Origin: Lineus longissimus
Lineage: Eukaryota
Length of the DNA stretch: 64,000 bases
Assembly: GCF_910592395.1 (NCBI RefSeq)
Contig: NC_088309.1
Location: forward strand, 22,705,923 to 22,769,922
Reading direction: 5' to 3'
A model generated the notes under the pieces. That model had not been told where the DNA came from. It made no database searches and saw only the letters and a list, made by a program, of their open reading frames with translations. Position numbers and translations under genes: made by a program. Positions 49,201 to 60,337 of this stretch are shown piece by piece (the first letter of the stretch is position 1; each line of letters starts with the position of its first letter).

Positions 49201-52200
49201 AAGCAAGTCAACACATGTTTAAGTATGATATCACATATCAACTATCTATTGGCAAAATCAAGCATGGATTAAGTCTTTTAATCTATGCTTGGTGAAATCA
49301 AGCTCTTTTTCGAATACAACCAAAGCGTGACCAGAACACCCTGCTAATCTGCATAGACAAAACAGAGAGCATTGTCGAATTATCATGTCACTGTGTCAAC
49401 ACAATTATTTCATACATACATATTTCATACCTAATGACCCAACTGGTCCAATATTGATATTCCAATAAGAAAATCAATGCGATGTCGATAGCTGATTTGC
49501 TATCGAATCATATTTAAAGACCGGTTCTGATGGTAATTGATATAACCACATATGCACGAAAGAACATGGCTCACAATGATACAATGTTAGGAAAGCAGAT
49601 TTATAATATTGCATGTTAGCTGTACTGAAGGTTAAGTCAGCTGTATAGTGACAAAACAAAATGTGCTGCAGATAACCAATATCAATATCAACCCAAGAAC
49701 AATAGCATATGCCAGACTTCTGGCAATATAAGATTGAATAAATAACCTCAAGGCATGAAGGGAGTGTCTATCATAACACTTTCAACATGAACCAACTTGA
49801 AATTTACTTTCCCATGTAAAATGCAAATCATAATGCCTAGAAACAAAATACGTTGAGAAGGGTATGACAAGAAGATGAATTTAATTATTGAGACAACCTG
49901 AGATAAAAGATCCGTTGAGAGCTAACAATATTTGAAGACTATACTGGGGCCACATCGACTACCACGTTGTCAAGAAACAAGGCTAGAAAAGTGTTTTGAT
50001 CAAAGACATTACTGAGATCTATGGAATTGACATCCTTCTCCATGATCTATGCAATGCTGACATCCAGACAAATTGCCAAGGAAGGCTATCATTGAATTGA
50101 TGCCAAATATGATTTAAAGTTATACCCACACAACATTTCTCATCGCAAAAATTTTCCCACAGACTTATTACTTGTGTCGGTAAACAGATTTGACCTAATC
50201 TAATAATAGAATAACAGTAGATTTTAAAGATTTTCTTCCAAAGTATTTTAGTCCACTTAGCAAACAAATCATAGGGATAATTTGTACAACTCCCACAAGA
50301 CCTATTAATACCACCACCAGCAAGTCCAGGTCAATCATGTCTCCACCCCTCTGCTTTAGGCATTTGATTTGATGCCAAACAAATCAATTGTGGGAAACAT
50401 GAGAGTTTTCATGAATCTTTTGATAGTGATCTCTCAACATCTCCAAGCTAATTAGCATGATCTTGTTGCGTAAAGAGTGTGCTGGTGAAGCCTGTTATGA
50501 TGGTGATGCATGATGCTGCTGGAACAAGGATAGTCCCTTTACAAAAGAGGATCTGAGATCGCAAACCCTAGCTGTAAGTGCCTTCTTGAAAAGAAATCAC
50601 GATTAAACTGCTAAGAATACCCAAAAGTGTGCCATTATATGGGTAAGTCTGCTGATCAGGTAATTCATTTTGTTCAAAAACATTCTAGACAAGCAAATAG
50701 TTTGATTTCAGATATCATCACAGCAGGGGAAATGACGCAGCCAAAGCCGTACTACTTGGGTGACAAAGCCGCTAATCAACTAGAAAGGATTAGCAGAGGC
50801 CCAAGTTAATGGCGTGCACTCAAAGTAACACTTCCCAAACTATCCAGTTTAGTTTTTCAGCAGTATAGCACAGTGGTTAAAGGACCCAGATTATGTTATT
50901 AAATATTTTGTCCTTATAGGGGGTTGTTGGAGTGAACGTTTCTGAAAAGGAACACCTGTGTGGGGCTTCCTGGGATTAAGCCTGGGACCTTTGAAGTTGA
51001 GTAGTACCATATTGTAATTGTGCACTATTCGAACTGTGTTTTTACAATCTTTGTCCTCTGGCCGAAAAAGCTCTTATTTAGATGGAGAGCAACCCGCTCC
51101 GAGTATATGCTTCCTGATATCATCTCAAGAGTTCACTTCTTCAACTGCTCTGAGGAAACAATAAAAATTGCTTGGCAGGATCTTAACTTACATATGTGTA
51201 GTGACTCTTGCAAAAGGCAATCTCCAAGTAAATCTCTCTTTCAATTCCAATATAAACATCACCAACAAGTATTACCAAGTGTTGATTAGGGATTTGAAGA
51301 AAATCTTGGATCTCCCCCACTAAGGTTAAAGATTTCTTAGGATCAAAACAGAACATTATTTGGTACACATCAAAGAAGGTTTCCAAAATCCCATACTTAG
51401 TGCAATTCCTGGCTGATGATCCTTGGGATGCCGAAAATCAACTGCAATAATAACTTGAAGCGATGCTTTAAGAAGCTTTGATGGCTTTATAATAAATGTA
51501 CTTTTTAAAGTGTTTTTCAGGTTTTTAACTGAAACTTAAATACTTACATGGGTCAGAACACCTGAGACAGCTGGAGAGGTCAACTCTCATGAAACATTGA
51601 AAGGCCTGCAAAGTCACCAAAATGTAGAATCTGCAAGTGATTTGTTCTTTTCAAAGCAATAGCCTTGGCAAGGGGGTCATATCGGCCACAATTTCAATGA
51701 TACCCCACAGCAGCAGCTGTTCAAAACTGGTGATGAAGTGTGCCAAGATAACTTCAGACAACGAAACAGCTAAATCTGGTGAATCGACAGGTGGGCTGCC
51801 CAACACAATGGGAGATCTTGGCATGATCTAGCAATTGACAATGAGACCATGGTGGTCACCATGCAGTTGTCCAGCAGATGACCCTACTGTCTCCTGTCTA
51901 AACAATGTTGATCAACCCTCCGGAGGGTTAGGCTAATTTGATCAAAATGTCCCCATTTCAATAGATTTCGATGAAATATTAGATAAGTGGGTGTTCTCTG
52001 GCGCGTGCCATGGAACCAGGGAAGGGAATTTCCTTCCTCCCTGATGGTTATTATGCTTGACTGAGCACATCAGGATGCTATACCCAAGGAAGGCTAAATT
52101 CTTCTTCAAAAAAAGCAAGCAGGAAGCCTTGTGGTGTGGGTTGTGATTGGAATCCTGTCAGCTTTGTCCAACTCTTTGTATTCATGTCCTGGTTGTATTA

Positions 52201-52607
52201 TTGGCTTTTGTAAAAGCTCTCAGATGGCATACATTAGAGGAAAGCATTTTGATATGAATTTAGTATTTTATTATGAATGGTGTTGACCACTACATTGGAT
52301 GGATGCATGCATTTTTAATGGTGAAAATATAAGGTTGAGAAATTGCAAAATGCTGTGGAAAGTAGAACATTTCCCCAGTATTATAAAGAAAATATCAAAA
52401 GGGCTTTCAGAGATGATATCCGGCCAACTAAAATCAACAATGCCGCACTCCCTTTGTCCATTAAGAGACAATCAAGAGACCCCTTGACCCACACAGAAGG
52501 TTACCATCCCAGACCCTTGTTGACATGGTCAATAAAGGGGGAGGGTGTCATAACAAGACTAGGTAAAGATAACATTGTGGTCCTCATTAATCTGTTTATG
52601 AACATAC

Positions 52608-52790
52608 AGTAGAACCTCTCTGATTAAGGACACCCATGAGACTGACAAGCGCTGTCCTTAAATGAGAGGTGTCCTGTTTTAGAGGTCAAATTGAATGGAA
52701 ACAATCAATTGGGGACCAAAACAAATGTGAGAGGTTGTCCTTATTAGAGAGGAGCCTGCTAAGGGAGGTTCCACTGTAATTGTAATCCCA
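52608..52790. repeat. Dispersed ~150-bp repeat family, copy C. Lies in TRAF4 intron 1.
   Basis: gagactgacaagcgctgtccttaaatgagaggtgtcctgttttagaggtcaaattgaatggaaacaatcaattggggaccaaaac...gctaagggaggttccactg. Confidence 0.65.
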
Positions 52791-53356
52791 TATATCCCAC
52801 AGCAGTGTTATTACATCCCACATTTAATTTAATACAAGGGCCAATATTCAAATTTCTCTGCAGCTGCCCAACTGCTAAAGCCAAATCACTTGCCACTGGC
52901 CATTGGTGGCCAGTGGCAAGGCCCTGTTCCAAAGCCATCTTTAGCTCCCTGGGGTCCAGAAATATTTTACAGGACCATGGTGTGAGCAGAGAAGAAAGGT
53001 ACAGATAGATGGTAGCTTAATTGAACTGGTTGCCAGAAACACATATACGCTATATAAATACATATACGCATACAAACAGTAATATATACGACTTCTTAGA
53101 TTTCAGACAAGACAGAGGTGACAGCGCAGCTTTCAGTCACAAGGAAAATTGTTAAAATCAAAAATTAATCTTATATAGGCCTACTATTTAAGCCTACAAA
53201 AATATTGCCTTCACCAGCAACGTTTTTTTTTTACCTCAAAAGGGGTATCATGATGGGCTAACGAATAAACAATGATAAGACCAGACTACCAGATGAGCTG
53301 TATATCACATACATAGCCATAATGATCGCAGACGACATGTATAAAGCTTCACTAAC

Positions 53357-53499
53357 CTGAGATATTCTTGAAGGCAAGTATCACAGAACCTGTCACCACA
53401 AGTTGTGAGTTGGACCGCATCTTTCATGGGAAGGCGACAGATAGGACAGAAAAACTTGCGCCTAATCGGATCCGCGAATTTTTCAGTATATCCAGGCAT
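53357..53499 (-). CDS. TRAF4: TRAF4 exon 1, RING finger (MPGYTEKFADPIRRKFFCPICRLPMKDAVQLTTCGDRFCDTCLQEYL).
   Basis: Collinear with the human TRAF4 N-terminus (MPGFDYKF...CPLCGKPMREPVQVSTCGHRFCDTCLQEFL). Donor AG|gttagt, phase 2. Confidence 0.9.
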
Positions 53500-53970
53500 T
53501 TTGACGGACGCGCACGTGCCAAACTACAAACGGCGGGAAGCCCAGCCAAGGCAGCATTGAGCGACACGTGGTTTCTGCTTGTCTGCGTTGAACGGGACGA
53601 ATTCATTATTTGTCGAGGGGTATTAGTTTGAGGATATTTTCGCTTTGTGGATAGATCGTGGCAATAGTTTGAACAATGAATGATAAGTTGAGAAAGTCTT
53701 CATAGTATATGATATTAATAAATGTTGATATTTGTATTGATTTACCATAACAAACATATCTTTTTGATTATATAAAATATATGTGCATCCCCACTCAAAT
53801 AATGGAAAGATCCAATTCCCAGATGATAGACGATAGGCGCCGCCACTGTGCGGCCCGGAAGTGTTCTGACTGTCAGATTGTCAACATTGGAGAAGAAATG
53901 ACATTTCTCTCAAATAAATCTCATTATAACTGCGTGTTCGAGTTTGTGATTTTGGAATCTTGGTATTAAG
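53500..53970. promoter_or_regulatory. CpG-rich divergent promoter between TRAF4 (-) and CDIPT (+). Two CACGTG E-boxes at ~53513 and ~53566.
   Basis: The start codons are 471 bp apart and the local CpG density is high (gacgcgcacgtgcc...cggcgggaagccc...cgacacgtgg...gcgttgaacgggacg). Confidence 0.5.
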
Positions 53971-54010
53971 ATGGGAACTGAAGTACTCCTCTATGTTCCC
54001 AACATCATCG
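53971..54010 (+). CDS. CDIPT: CDP-diacylglycerol--inositol 3-phosphatidyltransferase (PI synthase), exon 1 (MGTEVLLYVPNII-).
   Basis: Matches human CDIPT (MPDENIFLFVPNLIGYARIV...). Donor G|gtaagt. Confidence 0.8.
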
Positions 54011-54163
54011 GTAAGTCCGTTTTTCTTGATTCTGTGCGTATGCAGTGAATATATTCATGCTGTTTTCCCAACTTTTCTGTCTCCTAAAAATTTACATGCA
54101 TCATTGCTTAATAGCTGTTCATGACAGTCTTATGCATGAAATAACATTTGCTGTTGTTTTCAG

Positions 54164-54259
54164 GTTATGTGCGGCTCATCCTGTTAGTAGTGGCTTATTT
54201 CACATTCCATTCACCAAGTTACTTTCTGGCAGCTTACATTGTATCTGCTACACTTGATT
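54164..54259 (+). CDS. CDIPT: CDIPT exon 2 (GYVRLILLVVAYFTFHSPSYFLAAYIVSATLD).
   Basis: Acceptor ttttcag| and donor T|gtaagt. Matches the first CDIPT transmembrane segment. Confidence 0.8.
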
Positions 54260-54488
54260 GTAAGTAATACGTAATATCACCAAGTATCATGCTTCACTAG
54301 AAAACCAGGCTACCAATGATATATAATGATTTCTCATAAATGTGATCAATTCATTTTAGTCTAATTATAGTTATGGACTAGCTGGAGTACATACCCAGAG
54401 GGTTCTTTGAGCTAAATAGTATACGGTATTCCTGGTTTGATCAGTAATGAAGTCATGTACTTTCTGAGATAATGATTTTCTATTACAG

Positions 54489-54544
54489 ATTTTGATGGAC
54501 TGTTTGCAAGGAAACTTGGGCAGACTTCTGCGTTTGGAGCATGG
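54489..54544 (+). CDS. CDIPT: CDIPT exon 3 (YFDGLFARKLGQTSAFGAW), part of the CDP-alcohol phosphatidyltransferase catalytic motif.
   Basis: Together with the next exon it gives D-G-x2-A-R-x8-G-x3-D-x3-D (DGLFARKLGQTSAFGAWFDIVID). Human reads DAFDGHAARALNQGTRFGAMLDMLTD. Confidence 0.85.
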
Positions 54545-54824
54545 GTAAACATTCATTCAAGTTTATTTAATACATGTAGTCACCAGTAGGGATCTCCTCT
54601 CTCACAATACAAAAACAATGTATATGATTGTATGAGAAATATAATTATTGCTGAATCAAACACAAGACCCCAAAACTGTACATACTCTTCACCTGAAGAT
54701 GATTACTAGTTGGAACAACCAGCCCCTGCCCAATAGTTCCCCTTTAACTGTTCCTGAGGGTAATAATTAGATAACTACTGTATTGTTGCTTTTCTTTTCT
54801 ATTCAAATTCCTCCTTCATTGCAG

Positions 54825-54881
54825 TTTGATATTGTGATAGACAATCTTGGTAGGGGAATGCTGTGGTGTCGAATGTACGAG
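54825..54881 (+). CDS. CDIPT: CDIPT exon 4 (FDIVIDNLGRGMLWCRMYE).
   Basis: Acceptor cattgcag| and donor GAG|gtaaga. Completes the catalytic motif. Confidence 0.8.
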
Positions 54882-55153
54882 GTAAGAGTACTCTCGACTG
54901 GATAATATTTGTGAGAATTTTATTCACGTGATTTACGAGACAAAATGGAACATTAAACTCATGATATTTCCACGCTGATGCATAAACCATTATATTAAAT
55001 TTAGGCAGCAAATACTAGTCTATGGAGCCATCACCCCATGCTCATCAGAGAGGAAGCTGATGAATGTTATGAATGAAAGGGTGAAATAACATCTGTTGAC
55101 CACCCAAACCTCAATTTTAATTGCTGATTTAGATGAAGCATTTTTATTTTCAG

Positions 55154-55274
55154 TGGGGTTATTTTGTTGCGGCTACTGAATGGCTTGTATTTGTCTGTAC
55201 GCATACAAAGGGGACTGATTGGAAGAGTGCCTTTGCAGAGGCACCACCACTTGTGAAAGGAGTCATGAGTGCAG
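55154..55274 (+). CDS. CDIPT: CDIPT exon 5 (WGYFVAATEWLVFVCTHTKGTDWKSAFAEAPPLVKGVMSA-).
   Basis: Acceptor tttattttcag| and donor G|gtaagc. Aligns with human DVASHWLHLHSSVVRGSESHK. Confidence 0.7.
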
Positions 55275-55510
55275 GTAAGCAGAGCATTAACACTTTCTCA
55301 GACCCCCAGCGACAAAATTCTATAAGAAACAGCTGCACAAGGTATTTTGTAATTGCTTCTTCAAGGCCACAGCATCCCAAATCAATAGAAAATAGATAAA
55401 TATCAAGGGGAGGGGAGACAACAGCCAGTGTTCCCTGGTCAGAATCACAAAATTTTCATCTTTTGCTCGATGTACTCAGTATTTATTTGTCTTTTGACTC
55501 TTGTTTCAGG

Positions 55511-55683
55511 CTTCAAGAGTCCTCTAGGATTCTTTGCAATAGCTGGAATCCATGTGCTACCCATCTGGCTGTATGCACACAGCAGCCGATTCTTAGCCAA
55601 AGCTATAGGAATTCCAGTAGCCATAGACTACCTCATCATAGCATTACTAAGTTCTGGCAGGGCACTTTGCTTTCTTGTTGAGG
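55511..55683 (+). CDS. CDIPT: CDIPT exon 6 (GFKSPLGFFAIAGIHVLPIWLYAHSSRFLAKAIGIPVAIDYLIIALLSSGRALCFLVE), hydrophobic transmembrane region.
   Basis: Acceptor cttgtttcag| and donor GAG|gtaaat. The frame is continuous. The alignment to human is weaker here. Confidence 0.65.
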
Positions 55684-55941
55684 TAAATTTTGAGCTAAAG
55701 AAATCTTCTGGCATAATCTGTACCCAACCAGATGCCACTCTTGAATCACCTTCATAGAATGCCAATGTATCAAGCATGGATCATAAAGGAAGATTATTGA
55801 TGAACGTTACCATAGCTTTCTGTTAAGCATTGCTGGCGTTCTTTATTTCATGCTAGCTCTTAAAGAATTTGAAAATTGAACTTAAATTTAATATGATAAT
55901 ACAGGTTTGATTTTTCTGAATAGTGCACGATTCCTTTTCAG

Positions 55942-56034
55942 CTGTTCTGCCTTTACACCCACATCTCCTATCTACTGTCTCAAGACACAGCAGAATCTAC
56001 CAAAGCAAAGGCTGCCACAACACAGCAAACTTGA
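55942..56034 (+). CDS. CDIPT: CDIPT last exon (LFCLYTHISYLLSQDTAESTKAKAATTQQT, then stop).
   Basis: Acceptor ccttttcag| and TGA at 56032-56034. The basic C-terminal tail resembles human ...AADRAKKK. An AATAAA lies ~610 nt downstream (~56648). Confidence 0.6.
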   Translation: MFCLYTHISYLLSQDTAESTKAKAATTQQT

Positions 56035-57587
56035 AGGACACTTACTTCTGAATGCAGCCAGGAACTTGTCTCAAGATTAAGTATAGTACATGCTGGCTTA
56101 CCATCTGATTCACGTCTCCAGATAATTTATTCTTTGTAGAAAGACGAGACACAAACCCCAGGTACATGTAGGCCTGGATGGTTAAAGCAGTGAACAGAAA
56201 TATAATTCATCATGGTTTACAGTGTCTTTCGTCTTTGGAATGAAACCGTTTAGGACTGATATTATCCAATACCAAAACATTCAGTGTACACTATCATGTA
56301 TAATTTTTTTGTAATTGTTCCACTTATCAGAAACCATTCCATTTGAAGAGGATGCACAATATATTTTCTGTTGCATTTTAGTTGTTCTACATTTATATAG
56401 ACTCTATTGTGATTATTTACCTTATTATCAGATGAACACAATGTTACTGTGTTGGAAGACTCGAACAACCTAGTTTTTCAGTATTATTGAAAACTGTCTC
56501 TTTCCTAGAAAAGGCCAGTTGGAAGGCTTGCCAGATTCTCAGTTAGCTGCGGAAATTTTTTTTCAGTAAGCTGCTAAATTGATTATCCTGGGTGACAATC
56601 TCGCCATTATCTGTAGCATGGCTTAGCTGCTTTCTAAAGCTTCTTTTAAATAAACGCAAACAGTACATTCATCTCATTCGATCATTGCTCATACATTAAG
56701 GGCCTTTAATTAAGCAATACCTATACATGTTTTACAAATTTTATAGGAATGTAGGCTTAGACATGACAAAACGGTGATACTGTATAGATATTACTACTGT
56801 TATTGTTTCTAGGCAATTGTTGCAAATAAAAGAGTAAATAGATCATTTATAGATGTTGTTGTCATTATGTGTAGAAGAGGACATCATCCAATATTTTATC
56901 TTGACCTGCATTTTGGCTGTCATCTGCCAAGTCACGATTTCACAACAGATAATTGCCCACTGTAACTGGTATCTGAACAAGATAACACCAAATCACATGT
57001 TCTATTTTACAATTTATTATGAAGTCATACAAATCTCAAGTTGATGTAATTTTTTAATACACAGCACAAAATATGGTGTAATCAGTGATGATCCAAATGG
57101 GCCTCAATTAAGTTCACAGATGCCTTGGGGAAAATGCATCGATTAACTAAAGCCATATGTTGGAAATCGAGGAGCATAGAAATTGAAATCATGGTGTGCC
57201 ACAAAAATGAAAGTCTCATTAAAGTGACAATGTAACCTCTTAATAGCGGACCCCTCTGTAAGCAGGAACCCTCTATTGACACCGTTTTTGTTCCCAAATT
57301 GGTCATTTCTATATGAGCTGACCGTAGCTATCAGGACACTTCCCTATCAGGACCAGCATTTTCAGTCCCAAGGGCGTCCTTAATAGAGAGATTCTACTGT
57401 AGTACATATACAGGGATGTCAGCACTGAATCAAAACTATACCAAAGTCTCAATTTTATAAAATGCTATGTTTTATGATAGCCGCAAATATCTCTTGGTTA
57501 ACAGTATTTGATAAATCAACACCAGAACATATAAAGAACTTGATACACTACGAGAATGGTACTTGCACCAATTTCATAAGAACACTT

Positions 57588-58030
57588 AACACCTTCAGCG
57601 CCGAACCACGTAGATCTACGCGGCCCAACCCCCCCCCCCCCCTCCCCTTTGAGCTGGTTTTCGGAGTCTCATGGACTTCATGAAAGAACTTGCGCCATCG
57701 CCATCTTCAGGGCAAGGTAAGAACTGTGTCTGAACTACGCCATCGCCATCTTCAGGGCAAGGTAGGAACTGAAAACTGAAAGACACAGTTCCTACCTTGC
57801 CCTGAAGATGGCGATGGCGTAGTTCTTTCATGAAGTCATAAAGTTCTGAACTACGCCATCGCCATCTTCAGGGCACGAGAGGCACTGAAAAGACCCGTTT
57901 GGTCTCTTCAGTCGCTACCTTGCCCTGAAGATGGCGATGGCGTAGTTCTTCCATGAAGTCCATGAGATTCCGATAACCAGCTCAAAGAGGGGGGATTTGG
58001 GCCACGTAGATCTACGTGGTTCGGCGCCGA
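57588..58030. mobile_element. Palindromic ~440-bp element with ~30-bp terminal inverted repeats (CACCTTCAGCGCCGAACCACGTAGATCTACG) and nested internal hairpins (GAACTACGCCATCGCCATCTTCAGGGCAAGGTAGGAACTG and its complement). Flanked by TTAA.
   Basis: The 5' end ...cttaa|caccttcagcgccgaaccacgtagatctacg and the 3' end cgtagatctacgtggttcggcgccgaggtg|ttaatgg were read directly. Poly-C tracts lie inside each TIR-proximal segment. Confidence 0.55.
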
Positions 58031-58699
58031 GGTGTTAATGGTAAATATAAACTCTTAACAATCACAGTAACATGCACTCTGGTTCATGATACAGCTGGCA
58101 CCACAGATCAACATCATCTCTATATCAGTATGCCGACTCAACCAAGAACCACCACCTTCTGCTGTGTCCAAACATGGAGGTATTATTAAGAAGGAGAGAG
58201 AACGGAGCCCGCTTCAAAGGATACAATCATCCTTCCGATGTTTGGACAACAATCCCTTCCAATACCCCGGCCGGCCGAGCGCGTTATGTCGGAAAGTATC
58301 GGAAACTGCCGAGCTAGTTTCCGAGTCGCGATCGGCAACTTCCGTGACTAATCGGCCATAGAAAGTAGCTAGAGAGAGGGGTGTGGCCATACTGCTTTTC
58401 CATACCTCCATGGTCCAAACAATTTACAAATGCTATAAAAGATTTTCCTCCCCGACCACACAGATGGGCATTCTCTGACAGGGGATTGTTATCCAGCTGC
58501 CTGTGCGAGAAGTTCAAGAGCTATGTACTACATGTAAGTACACAGAGTACATATACAATGTGAGTCCAAAGTTAATAGCAACCTGCTGAAGCGAAAGTCT
58601 AACTTACATTCATTGGACCAAGAAAATATTGCAAAAATCAGGGTGCTATTTTCTTCTGACCCAGACTGTATCGAATGTACTTTTGTACATAACTGTCAA

Positions 58700-58946
58700 T
58701 TACTTAGCAAACATCTGCATCTGATAAGGTTTCCTGAACCAAGTTCCAAAATTGGCATCAGCAAGATGTTGATGGAATACCTTCTTTGCCTGTTGATAAG
58801 GTTCATTCATTGTCTTTGCACTGGCATAAGTTTTTGCATCGTAAAGCTGCCGAACCTTTGCAGCTTTTGCTAACTCACGGAATCTGAACAAGAATCCTGC
58901 TTTGCTAATGCGACTTGCTCCAAATGCACTCGTCCTGAATGGAGAA
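58700..58946 (-). CDS. ADAR-family last exon (...FRFRELAKAAKVRQLYDAKTYASAKTMNEPYQQAKKVFHQHLADANFGTWFRKPYQMQMFAK, then stop).
   Basis: Matches the ADAR2 C-terminus ...[37 protein letters not shown]. Acceptor tttgcag|. Confidence 0.8.
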
Positions 58947-59168
58947 CTGCAAAAACAAAAGGTTCACGTTTTATATGGTCTTAAGAATCTACGGATATCT
59001 GTTCAATATACCGTTGTTTCATTACCCTTACAAATGCATCTGTCACGACTGACCTTGGGTGAGTCACTTACCCCAATTGCATTGTTCTTTGGATGAAACA
59101 TAACATTTCTTTGCCTAAGTGTCGGTTAAGTTAAAATCCAATTGCCAGAAGAAGAAAGATTTACTCAC

Positions 59169-59406
59169 GTTTCAACACTTTTACCAGTGCTGGTATCGAC
59201 TACTTCAATCTGGTTGTCACCATCTCCATGCATCCAGTTCACGCTAATTGTATTCACGATGGGACATTTCCAAGATTCGTCATATTTATTAATGGTGTCA
59301 AGTCGTGGGTGGTTCAGCCTAAAACCTGCTGGTAACGAGTCATTAATCTTGTCATCAACACGGCAGCAAAAAGCACGCGCCTGGTGTCCATGGTCAAAAT
59401 TCTGGC
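59169..59406 (-). CDS. ADAR-family exon 10 (GQNFDHGHQARAFCCRVDDKINDSLPAGFRLNHPRLDTINKYDESWKCPIVNTISVNWMHGDGDNQIEVVDTSTGKSVET-).
   Basis: Matches ADAR2 ...KAPNFSVNWTVGDSAIEVINATTGK. Acceptor cttttcag| and donor AC|gtgagt. Confidence 0.75.
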
Positions 59407-59542
59407 CTGAAAAGAGAAAACAAAATAAGATTATAGTGAGAACAATCAGGAGAGGAACAAAGATAACATAAGTATTGCATAGGAAAAGGATTGAGATAGA
59501 TGAATAGATACAGTAACAGAAATGAGATAATCTGTTACCTAC

Positions 59543-59728
59543 CAATAGTAACTGTCGACAAGTAGACAGGTTCAAGGAAGCAGCCAATGAGAGCCCCCTG
59601 GAGACCAAGTATGTTCCAGCTGAGGATCTTATCACTTGTTGACATCACAGTAATAGATTGACCGGCTTGGATGCTCTCCATGGTCGGACTAGGAATATCA
59701 CTCATACACACAGGTGAGGCCATTTGTT
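59543..59728 (-). CDS. ADAR-family exon 9 (EQMASPVCMSDIPSPTMESIQAGQSITVMSTSDKILSWNILGLQGALIGCFLEPVYLSTVTI-). STSDK replaces the conserved SCSDK.
   Basis: Matches ADAR2 [38 protein letters not shown]. ACA (Thr) occupies the second zinc-ligand Cys position. Acceptor ctttccag| and donor G|gtaggt. Confidence 0.8.
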
Positions 59729-59977
59729 CTGGAAAGTAAACAAATACGTTCTCAATGACTGAGTCAACACAATCAAGCAATCGACTTCATTGGAAAGAAA
59801 GGCAAAATGTGGCAATTTTCTCTTTTTGTTTTGGAGCCTCCAGTATCTCTCCCTCTTCTTGTACAACAACGAAACATATTTTGAGCCTATGAAAATAGGT
59901 CAACTTCAAATGTATGCTTCAGTAACCATTCAGACAGCTCAGGACTACGTGGTCCATGCCCAATGAAAAGCACTTAC

Positions 59978-60093
59978 CATTTTCAGACTTCAAAGACAGC
60001 AAGCCCATGAATTCCTCTCCTTCAGTAAAGTTGGGAAAGTGGGCACCTCCTTTGATCAGTTCCTCTTGCTTTTCATCCAGTGGGGCACTTGGT
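59978..60093 (-). CDS. ADAR-family exon 8 (EPSAPLDEKQEELIKGGAHFPNFTEGEEFMGLLSLKSEN-).
   Basis: Frame continuity from exon 7. Acceptor cattttag| and donor G|gtaagt. Corresponds to the variable loop region of the deaminase domain. Confidence 0.65.
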
Positions 60094-60337
60094 CTAAAAT
60101 GAACCGAGAAATTATCAGGATCTGGCTATGAATAAGTTTCAGCACATATTTCAGAGCCAAAAATGCCTTTATATTTGACCTGGACCCCTGCAGTTATATC
60201 TGCTTCACAAGAGATAGCGGATCAAAGATGAGTTCCAGAGCTCAGATAGTTTCAGAGAAGTCCAATCACATTTAGGCAACAAGATCAACATCAGTCTTTC
60301 TAAGATTAAAAAGTTTAAAAGCAGGAAAAAAACTCAC

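Noticed and set aside
48908-49241. Minus-strand ORFs first considered as the missing TRAF4 exon 2 (contains C..P..QL..L.IDY)
   Set aside because: No splice sites give the required phase-2 entry. The true exon 2, a perfect SEGVFQCPEDNTPLDYAK match with ctttacag| / AAG|gtaatt, was found at 40296-40347.
53781-53969. 62-aa plus-strand ORF immediately upstream of the CDIPT start codon
   Set aside because: It terminates just before the homology-supported CDIPT ATG and has no similarity to CDIPT. It probably lies in the 5'UTR/promoter (at most an uORF).
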